64,000 bases of DNA from the NCBI GenBank assembly GCA_043228905.1, contig JBHGNT010000005.1, positions 4,526,001 through 4,590,000 of the forward strand. The letters run 5' to 3'. The translations under genes were made by a program, and so were the position numbers. A model generated the notes under the pieces. It saw only the letters and a list, made by a program, of their open reading frames with translations. It was not told the DNA's origin and ran no database searches. Below are positions 22,834 to 32,675 of the stretch, in pieces; position 1 is the stretch's first letter, and each line of letters opens with the position of its first letter. Source of the DNA: Azolla caroliniana. Its lineage: Eukaryota > Plantae > Polypodiophyta.

Positions 22834-25728
22834 ATGCATTCCCTCCTCTCCTTCCTTCATCCCATCCCTCTCTGCAGAGCTTCATCGCAAGATGAAGAAG
22901 AAGATGGAGAAGAAGAATGGCAGAAGAAGATCACCATTGCCGTTAAACCTCCACTCGCAAATCTTCTTCCGAAGGAAGAAAATCCTCGCTCTGGCAGTGA
23001 GATTGTAAAAGAGAATTCAGCATTTAAGTGCCACCCATTTCTTATTGGGGAATCATTTAAAGACAATATTCACTATGGCCAAGCAAATGAAGCTTTTGGA
23101 TCATTTAAAGATAGAAGGAGTACAAATTGTATCAAAGGAAACAAAATTTCTGGGTCATTTGCAGCTGCTTTTATTCAATCTGACAAAAAAAATGAAGCTT
23201 TTTGCCCACTTCCGAGTATTCATTACGAGAAAGAAAATGACGCATTTGAATCTTTCAGAGATAATGCAAGTATTCATTCCAACCCTTATACACTTATGAG
23301 TTTGTTGAAAATGTGTACTACAGGGAAGGATCTTAAGCAAGGTCAACAAATTCATGCTCAGATTGTATTCAATGGATTTGAAAGAACTCTCTTCATTGGT
23401 AATGCATTGGTGAATATGTATGCAAAATGCGATGGTGATGACAATTCACTCTATGAGCTTCATACGATGTTCAATAGATTGTGTGATCAAGATGTTATAG
23501 CATGGACAACACTCATCTCCGCATATGTTGATCATGGAAATGAAGGTAAAGCGCTTGAATGCTTTGATCAAATGAAGGGAGCAGGTGTTTCTCCAAATGC
23601 TTATACATATGCATGTGCTTTAAAAGCTTGTAGTAATGTCATAGAGAAGGGCAAAGCGAATTACGCCAATAGAATTATTATTGATTCCATATATAAGGGT
23701 ACTAAAAAGATACGTTCCAATAGAAATGTTGTAGATGCCATACAGAAGGCTAAACAGATACATGCCGAGGCCCAACAAAAAGAGCTTGATTCAGACCTTT
23801 TTGTGGGCAGCAATTTAGTTAGAATTTATGCAAGCGTTGCGCTGTTCTCAGAAGCCTGGGAAGTATTCGACAATATGCCAGTTAGGGATGTGGTGGTTTG
23901 GACGACAATGATTGGAGAATTAGCTGAACATGGCTTAGGAAGAGATGCTCTAACTACTTTTGAAGAAATGCTAAATGAGGGTGTTTTTCCGACCTCCCTC
24001 ACATACATATGTATTTTGAAAGCTTGTGCCATCATCGGAGATATAGTGACTGGCCAAGAGTTTCATAATGAAATTGAAATAAAGGGATTTTTTGGAAGAG
24101 ATGTGCCATTGGCCAATAGTTTGGTGAGCATGTATGCAAGATGTGGTAGGCTTGAAGAGGCACAAAAAGTCTTTGACAAGGTACTGGTTCCAGATGTGGT
24201 TTCTTGGAATGCATTGATCAGCGGATATAGTGAACATGGGCATGGAGAGGAGACCATATCTTGCTTTGAAGCCATGCTTCAAATGGGTCTTACCCCCAGT
24301 ATTGTTACTTTTTCATGTGTCTTGAAAGCGTGTGCCAGCATAGGAGCTGTGGATAAAGGCCGAGAAATCCACCGCCACCTAAAGGAAACTGAATTCCAGA
24401 ATGATATGAGGATATTAAACACCTTGGTCGCAATGTACTCAAAGTGTGGCTTTGTAAAGGAAGCACAAAATGTTTTTGATAATATATTAGATCGAGATAT
24501 TGTCTCATGGAATGCTTTGATTTCTGGGTATGCATGCTGTGGCTTTTCTGCAAAAGCATTGGAACTTTTTCAGGAAATGCAACAACTTGAACAAAACCTA
24601 GTTCCAGATAAAGTTACATATTCTTGTGTACTGGCAATATGTGGTAGTATTGGAGCTCTGGATATAGGCAGAGATATCCATTCTGACGTAAGAAAAAATG
24701 GGCTCGCACAAGACTTATTTGTATGTAGAAGTCTTATCAGCATGTATGCTGAATGTGGCTCACTTACAGAAGCAAAGATAGTTTTTAATAGTTTGCATTT
24801 TCGAGACTCTGCATCATGGAGCTTGATGATAAAATACTTTGGTATTAATCATATGGGCAATATGGCAATGCAATGCTTTGAAGAAATGCTTCAAGAAGAT
24901 ATAAAGCCAGATGCAATCACATTCACATGCCTTCTGGCTGCATGCAATCATGCTTCTTTACTAGAGGAGGCATATTACTACCTAAAGACAATGAAAGAGA
25001 AGTTCGGCATAACCCCAACCTCACAGCATTATTCTTGTATACTCAACCTTATATCACGATCAGGGCATTTATATGAGGCTGAGAGGCTCTTGGAAATGCT
25101 TGGTTTATCGTCAACATCGGAAGAGATGTTGGTTGCTATACTAAGTGCTTGTAAAACATATGGTGAAGTTGAGCTAGGGTTTAGATGCTTTGAGAAGCTT
25201 GTGGAGATCAATCCAGAAGACTCAGCATGGTATGTGCTCATGGCAGATCTTTATGCACATGTTGGAAGATTGAGTGATGCATATAGGATAGATGAGCTAA
25301 GAAAGCATATGGGCGCCAAGAAAAAGGGAGCAATCGCTTGCATAGAAGTGGACAAGAAAGTTCATGAGTTCTTGGTGGGTGAAGAAGCAACCGAAGAAGT
25401 GGTGTCTATCATGAATCGTATAAGCTCTAGCATGAAAATGAACAAAGGACATTTGCCTCATTTGGATTTGGTATTGAAACTCATTCCAGATAGCGAGAAA
25501 GAAGAGGCCTTGTGTGAACACGCTGAGAAATTAGCTATAGCTTTCGGACTCATTAACACTCCACAAGGAACAACACTAAGAGTGAGTAAAAACTTGAGAA
25601 TGTGTATTGATTGCCATAACACAAGCAAGATCATATCAAAAGTTGAGAAACGTGAGATCATTATTAGGGATAGCTCTTGCATCCATCATTTCAAGGACAA
25701 TATGTGTTCTTGTGGGGATATGTTTTGA
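22834..25728 (+). CDS. Intronless PLS-class PPR protein with E1-E2-DYW domain of the KP subtype (organellar RNA-editing factor)
   Basis: 964-aa ORF with about 17 PPR motifs in L-S-(P-L-S)x4-P2-L2-S2 order, then E1, E2 and a deaminase domain with HAEKLA and CIDCH zinc ligands, ending HHFKDNMCSCGDMF. Confidence 0.95.
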   Translation: MHSLLSFLHPIPLCRASSQDEEEDGEEEWQKKITIAVKPPLANLLPKEENPRSGSEIVKENSAFKCHPFLIGESFKDNIHYGQANEAFGSFKDRRSTNCIKGNKISGSFAAAFIQSDKKNEAFCPLPSIHYEKENDAFESFRDNASIHSNPYTLMSLLKMCTTGKDLKQGQQIHAQIVFNGFERTLFIGNALVNMYAKCDGDDNSLYELHTMFNRLCDQDVIAWTTLISAYVDHGNEGKALECFDQMKGAGVSPNAYTYACALKACSNVIEKGKANYANRIIIDSIYKGTKKIRSNRNVVDAIQKAKQIHAEAQQKELDSDLFVGSNLVRIYASVALFSEAWEVFDNMPVRDVVVWTTMIGELAEHGLGRDALTTFEEMLNEGVFPTSLTYICILKACAIIGDIVTGQEFHNEIEIKGFFGRDVPLANSLVSMYARCGRLEEAQKVFDKVLVPDVVSWNALISGYSEHGHGEETISCFEAMLQMGLTPSIVTFSCVLKACASIGAVDKGREIHRHLKETEFQNDMRILNTLVAMYSKCGFVKEAQNVFDNILDRDIVSWNALISGYACCGFSAKALELFQEMQQLEQNLVPDKVTYSCVLAICGSIGALDIGRDIHSDVRKNGLAQDLFVCRSLISMYAECGSLTEAKIVFNSLHFRDSASWSLMIKYFGINHMGNMAMQCFEEMLQEDIKPDAITFTCLLAACNHASLLEEAYYYLKTMKEKFGITPTSQHYSCILNLISRSGHLYEAERLLEMLGLSSTSEEMLVAILSACKTYGEVELGFRCFEKLVEINPEDSAWYVLMADLYAHVGRLSDAYRIDELRKHMGAKKKGAIACIEVDKKVHEFLVGEEATEEVVSIMNRISSSMKMNKGHLPHLDLVLKLIPDSEKEEALCEHAEKLAIAFGLINTPQGTTLRVSKNLRMCIDCHNTSKIISKVEKREIIIRDSSCIHHFKDNMCSCGDMF

Positions 25729-27154
25729 GTCTTGATCTTCCAGAGCACTAAACACAAGTTTAGAGTTTATTTGTAAATAATGTATGGAGAGGACTCACTC
25801 AAAATAAATTGCCTTAGCAAATTTAAGGTCAATTCTTTTACATTTCAAAGATCAAAGAAAAGAAATTTTTTTTGGCAAAGTTTGTGGACATTTTCATATA
25901 CCATTGTTATGTCCTGGACAGTAACTCTGTGTATCTTAAAACTCGGAGAGATTGATGTGTGATGCTATTAATTTTAGTTGAGTATGTGGATATTGAGGTG
26001 AGAGCGTAATAACAGTAATGCAACTGAAAGACTGATGTCTCTAATAATTTTGGGTGTCTCTTTGGTACTTCTGAGACCATTTTTTGACCCAATAAAAAGC
26101 TAGTATCAACATTTCCCTTTTTGTATATTTCCCGTGTTCTCGCTCATCTCACTTTTTCTCTCATCCCACTCATCAAACATCATCTTGCATCCGTAACACT
26201 ACCTCTCTCTAGCATCGCCATCTATAATGTATAGTGCTATTCAAGAAAGCCATCATGACATAATAAAACGGGGTGATGACTTGAGTGCCGCGCCAAAGGG
26301 AACACCTAGAAGGTTGAGCTCATAGTTGTATGCCTTATTCACACCAAGATTTTGTGGTTCGGAGTATGAATATCCCTTCTTAGGAAGGAGACACATTAAG
26401 AAAAATTTTGTACTTGGGTCCATGTGGCCATACCAAGCTTCACTTGGGTGCTCATGATGTTGGAGCGAAAAAACCATTGATCTCTGTCTCTCTTCCTCTT
26501 CAGTCACAATATGATGCACTTTCAATTGCAACACTCATCATAAAAATTCTTTACCAGTCAAAAGAATCGCTTACCAACACCAAATGCACTATGTGAAACT
26601 GTTCCACTCAACCTACGAGGACAATAACGAAGTCTACCTTTCTCTTGAGCAGCAAGAATAGGGATAAATTAGGCTTTGGTAGACTCTTAATCAAAGAGAG
26701 ATCCAGAATCATCTTTTGATGCTCAAAAAAAGGGACTAATCACTAATCATGATTTCAGTATATCATCTTATCACAATAGTACGGCTTGAATAGACATTAT
26801 TTGATACTCTTTCATGTATATATATAGTGTAGCTTTGCATACCTCCATTCTAATCATTTTCTCCTCTAAATTAAAAACATGCTGGCATGAACAAGATGAA
26901 GTTCAGTTAAATAAAGGGACATAATAAATTCTAAATTGCGAAGGCAATTATTAGCTCACTTTTCGTACATGATTTTTGTACTTCTATAAAACAAAATTCC
27001 ATGCACAATCTTTAGCCGCCACCATATGAGAGAGGGAAAATTCTTTGTACACTGAAGTAGATCTCCAAATTGGAAATCATGTTACAATTGAGCTTCCGCT
27101 TGTCTGCATTATTTAAATAGAATCCCCTTCATGAGGAAACAATGTTAAATGATA

Positions 27155-28366
27155 TTAGTTGTTATGAAAACCCAAAAAAGAGTACAAGGATTTCACGACA
27201 GCGGAGGGATTTGAAGCCTTATAAGGAATAAGTGTGTCTAAATTCATGTTATTTATTGTCTCTACTAATGTCTTTGGCGATGCATAATACAAGTACTTTT
27301 GTGCAGCTAATTCCTCCGCCAATTCAACTTGATGATTATCCATCAATGCTTCATTAACAATGACTAGAAGAGGTTTGCCCATTCGTAATGCCTCGAAGAT
27401 ACTTCCAGAACCTGCTTAAATTTATTAGCTGTACTTATAAAGAACGTTACAAAAGGCTACATGATATATATTTTGAATACAAAACCACATATTATTTTTA
27501 CCTGCATGACTGATGATTAAAGAAGCGGCCTTCATGTGATCTTGTAGATTCGGTGCAAATTTGAAGAAACTTACTTCCAAGCCAGACTCATCTTCAGAAG
27601 TCTGTAGAAAGGATCTATGTTCAAAAACTTTCATATTATGCCGAGGATGATATTTAGGGGAAAACAACAAAACATCAGACAGAACAACCCTACTCAGTTT
27701 TCAAAATTCACCAGAATATCTCCCTATGATAGTACTATTTCTGAAGACCAAGGGTTATGCTAGCAATTTTGTAAACATAGGGGCATTCAGGTAAAAATAC
27801 AAACAGTTTAGGATATTTTGGTGTTTTTTTCTAATATTTATCTGCATGGAACACATTACCATTGCTTTGCCAATGAGAAAGTTAATCTTTTCCATGTATG
27901 GTTACTGTTGGAAACTCCTTGTGTGGCATTTTTATTACTTGCATGCACCAGATCTAAATAATTTATAATGTATATCCAAAATATTTAAAACCACATTTTT
28001 AATTAAAGAAGAGTACCCACTATTTGGTGATATATAATTATGCATCTACTTGGTAAGTGCATTAAGCAAAAAAAATTAGTGATGATCCTCTAATTTCTGA
28101 ATTCTAATATGATACATGCACATTTTACATGGGTTTTTTTGTCCCATTATCTTATCATTATTATGGCTTCTATCAATATGCTACAATAACACACATGTGC
28201 ATACCTGAGAAGGAATGTAGGAGCCACGCCCCATTTGTATTAGTAGGGAAGAATAACCTTTCCGAGAAATTGCAGCTTTGCACTCCGGAGTATCTATAGT
28301 TCTAATGAGAGCATCAAATGAGGTAGTACCCACAGTTACAAATACCTGCTTACCTCCGACACCCAT
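27155..28366 (-). CDS. ALG13: UDP-N-acetylglucosamine transferase subunit ALG13 (GT28 C-terminal family); 3 coding exons
   Basis: Exons 28366-28205, 27601-27502, 27411-27155. Motifs: [62 protein letters not shown]. Probable 5'-UTR intron from a donor near 30668 to an acceptor at 28398. Confidence 0.93.
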
Positions 28367-29379
28367 CCGATTCCACCTGTCAGTGAGCAATCAAAACCTG
28401 CATATGAAGAAGGCCATCAACTACACATGGAACAAAAATTATACAAATAATGCAGATGTCTTTTATTCATTCCATTCATATATACAAAATACTAGCTCAC
28501 TGGAAAAATACTTGAGGGTTCCTATCAAGCATGGATAGATGCATAATACATTAATCAAACCAATCAGCCAAGATATTGGCCCATAAGCTTGTGAATGGTC
28601 ATTTTGCAGCATAATCTTGATCAACTGGATATATACCAACTGCTGGAATAGGAGTGTGAAAACCCTTTTTAACTAGAACTGGATAAGCTATGGCAAATGC
28701 AAACATGAAATCACACCCTTCTTTTGTCCATTGATAATCACACACATGAAATTCATTTGGTTTCAGTACTCTGTGAGTTTCCCATCCTCTCTGACAATCA
28801 TGTGCTCTATAGATGGGCATGTATATCTGAGATGGTTCCAAACATACTATGCCCTAACCAAATCATTTATATAACTGTGTAAAAACATTGTCAGAACAGA
28901 ATCGAATATGAATAGTTTAAATCAAGGCTTGATAATGGATACTCCAAATGAAATTCTGGAAACATAATAGCAGTTACGCGCCCATTATAATGTTGAGATC
29001 CTCGATATCTAAGCCTCAGGATCTCTTTTGAATCCTGCCCATCCATTACACTGTCACCATAGTATCAAATTCTGATTGTAGAATCTCTATTACCATACAC
29101 ATCTTCTAAATCTTTCCACTATCATCTTTAAGTGCATCATCTATCAGGTAACAGGATGCACATCCATGTAACCAAAATGAGGCTGTAACAGATCATAGAG
29201 AAATGCAGCTGTAGAAGAGATGATGATGATGACAATGATAACAGTAACATCCATGGGGAGTCAACACAACCCATGGGACCAACAATCATGACAATGCACT
29301 CCGAAATGAATACGTAATAGGGAAAACAAAAACTAAGATAGTTGCCAAATTTCACTGTTTTGATCTTCCATGATCCTGG

Positions 29380-29760
29380 TTATGCAACCACAGAGATAGA
29401 CAAATAGTAGAGGAGGACGATTTGGTGCATACAATTGATTTCAAACCTTGGGTTACAGAAATGGATTTGTAATGATTTTTTTTAGAGAAATTTGTTGACA
29501 GAAATCTTGAGGTCTGCATCAGAATGTGAATGTTTTTGTCAATGAATGTAGCATCACACCCATTGCTTTAGATTCAACGCTACCACCATAAGGTTATATA
29601 AGGCATAAACACAAGACTGCACTCATACCTTTGATCTCTAATTATGGTTACTGATTCAAATGGATGTATAAAAGTAAAACTTCACATTATGTTTATAGTT
29701 TATTCAGATTCACATTATGGGCAAAAATAATGTAGTGGCTGATACTTTATTCAGATACTA
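29380..29760 (+). mobile_element. Decayed Ty3/gypsy pol fragments inside the ALG13 5'-UTR intron
   Basis: HIMGKNNVVADTLFR at about 29711-29755 resembles the gypsy RNase H end (GK.NVVADALSR). VHTIDFKP near 29425 resembles the start of gypsy RT. No intact ORF. Confidence 0.45.
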
Positions 29761-30980
29761 GAGACATAATTCTGATGTAACGATTAGATCAGCTTGAGCC
29801 AATATGTATGGGTGAGAATTCGGTGTATTAATTGGACGTAGCTGACTAGCTCGAAAATTTCAAAAACTAACGGGATGAGAGAAAGTTTGGGCTTATTTCT
29901 ATCTATCTCACTCTCACTCTGACTAGCTTACATCTGACACTTGTATCTTGTATCAGATAATGTAACTTTGGTCTCTGGTAATTTCAGTCTTTTGCAAACA
30001 TTTATACAACATTTCTTTCTTTCTTTTCTTTTTATAAAGGGCATTTTGTTATATTATGTACATTACAAACATGCAGTTTAGAAGACGCAAGGAGAAGAAA
30101 ATCCATTCACTCTTCAGAGATTTTTTTAAAAATCTATATTAATGTGAGACATGACGGTCTAATGTGACATACATTAATCAATTTATGCTGCTCACACGTT
30201 TCAGAAATTAATCAATAACACTTACCAAAAACACCCATTTTACTCAGTTAAAGCACAACATGATCAACCATGTGGCTCAAGAAATGCACACATTGATCAG
30301 CCGTTTGCACAGCTATTGCAAAAAATAACCATTTTACTCAAACATTGTAAGAAACTAAAACAACCACGTTGCTGAATAATTCAGAACTGAATCAATTTAT
30401 GTTGTTCAAATGTCTGCAGAATATCAACCCACTTTGTTGCTAATTTATTATGCACATCGATCAATTACAGGGAAAATAGTTAGCTCACCATGTTCTCAGA
30501 ATACAGAAAGTCTTAAGCACATATAATGAAAAAGCTAGTCAGCCAGGTTGATCAAATATTACAAAAACATTGCAAGTACTAAATAAATTATCCTACTGAT
30601 ATTGTGAGAGCAATTAATCAACCATGCAGCTAAAACTATTGCCAGCAAATTTACATAAGATTGCTTACCAGAAACAGAAACAGAGAATTATTTGTTTTTC
30701 CCACTTAGAATGATAAAGATGCGGTTATCGGAGGAGGAGATCTGGTTATGAATAACGACCATCCTTTATTCGAGCGCATAACCGAGCAAAAAGCCAGTAA
30801 ATGAATAAATCCGCACAAACAGAGGGAGGGAGGGAAATGGAGAAATTATGACCTTGAAAAATGTCAGGAGGAGCTCAAAATTCGCCAGAAAATTTGAAGA
30901 AGAGATCATGACCTAATAGGGAAGAAAGAGAGACAGACCAGACCGCAAACGAGGCAGGCATTCGGTCTTTGGCTATACAT

Positions 30981-31538
30981 ATTTACAGTAATACCCCTGA
31001 GCTTTTCCAAATTACCAGAATACCCCTGTTCCTTACCACATGTGTGGTAGGTAACCTCTAGATGATCTTGGCAAACTTTGTAAGTGCTTTCACTAATTAC
31101 GTTAGAATTTAGATGATCTGGCAAACTATGTGCATGGAATGGAGCCTCCATATAAGGTGGTGCTCCCTGCAACTAGAAGATGTCCAGCTTTTTTTGGGGT
31201 GATTTACCAGATTACCCTAAGGATACCCCTCTTTAGTGCCACATGATCCAACATATCGGTGTCAATAGGATGAGGCAAAATGTGTTAAAAAAGCTTTCCG
31301 GGCTATTTGTCCCAAAATTTACCAAGATACCCTTTTTTGGTATTTACACGTGTTGCATTTAGGTTTTGGGATGTCTATAACATGACCAAGTTATGTTAGC
31401 TTTTACGCTATTTGTCATAGCGGCAGCCGGGTTTAAAGCATTCCTAAAGTAGCCTCTCTCTTTAGTATTGCAAGTAGAAAGAAGAATGGAACCACCCAAT
31501 TAAATACCTCTGTTTTCACTATTTACTGGAATACCCCT
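30981..31538 (-). promoter_or_regulatory. Cluster of tef-box-like motifs (ARGGRYAnnnnnGT) in the ALG13/GatC divergent promoter
   Basis: Minus strand matches: AGGGGTATTACTGT (from 30998), AGGGGTATTCTGGT (31027), AAGGGTATCTTGGT (about 31335), AGGGGTATTCCAGT (31538), plus a near match at about 31218. Confidence 0.55.
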
Positions 31539-32397
31539 TTTTTTAGCATGTAGCATAGATATTCTCATATGTGTACATAGTTATTTGTTAGTGCTACAAG
31601 CTAAATTTATCCACGACTCTGAATTTGAAGCGAGGTAAGGTGATTATCGTAAGAGGTCAACAATGCAAGCCACCTACATCTCATAAAAAGAAACTATTTT
31701 GTTAGGAACATTTTAAAATGAATAGCACGATAAGTTATGGATTTGCCTTGGAGTTTTCTGTTTTAGTTGCATGATTGTGCTTTTTACATTGTTACAATTT
31801 ATTCACGAAAAGCAAAATAGCAATTGTATTTTTTTCGATTTTTTAAAGAATTTGAGGTTAAGAGGAAAGCAATAAAGATGTAAACATTTGTATAATGGCT
31901 AGGCCACAAAAGTGAAAGTGAGAACCTAGTTATATGATATATCAATATCACATTGCAATGTTTTGGTAGATCATTGGCGCAACTCTAGTTATGTAGATCA
32001 TCATGATTAGGCCGCTCCTCATCGAGAGAAAGAAAAGAAAGAAAGAAATATTAATGTCTTCTAAGGCCAAATTTGGCCCATGAGACAAATGGTTTACAAC
32101 GAGTTTGCCAAATTATCCACTAGTTTATCTAAAACTAGCAATCATTTCATCGAATTGCCAAAAGTGACCCTCACACCTTTAGGGGGATTACATTTATGCT
32201 TCGATTATGTAATTGGTCGTGAAGATTGAAGCGAAACACTCGGATCATTGAGCAGGGATGACGAGGAACTAACTGTGGGTGATTTGAGTGATGCTAGAGA
32301 AGAGTAGGGGTATGGCCTTGTAATTTTCAAAAACCAAATCCTTAAAGGGCCATTTTTGTTGTGAGTGGGGTGGGGTGGGTATTAGAAGTTTAAAAAC

Positions 32398-32552
32398 AAA
32401 TAAAGAAGCAGTGGGGCTAATTGTACAATTAATAAAAACCTTTGCTGATCTTCACACTGAAGAAGAAGAAATAAAGAAGCAGTGGGGCTAAATTTATAAT
32501 TAATAAGAACCTTAGCTGATCTTCACACTGAAGAAGAAGAAGAAGAAGAAGA
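32398..32552 (+). repeat. 71-bp tandem duplication in the GatC core promoter/5' UTR, ending in (GAA)n
   Basis: TAAAGAAGCAGTGGGGCTAA...GCTGATCTTCACACTGAAGAAGAAGAA at 32401 and again at 32472. Confidence 0.9.
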
Positions 32553-32604
32553 AGGAGATGACTGACTGACTGAAACAGAAACAGAAAACAGAAAACAGAG
32601 AGAC

Positions 32605-32641
32605 ATGGCTCTCGCCCTCAGAGCTATGTCGAGATTCCTTC

Positions 32642-32675
<34 letters not shown>

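Noticed and set aside
22766-23008. 80-aa ORF overlapping the PPR start in another frame
   Set aside because: Low-complexity and without recognisable homology; at most an overlapping uORF, with no supporting evidence.
18365-25682. Many antisense ORFs within the BTB and PPR genes (also within the GRX-like and NOP58 genes)
   Set aside because: Typical shadow ORFs opposite real coding sequence, with no motifs.
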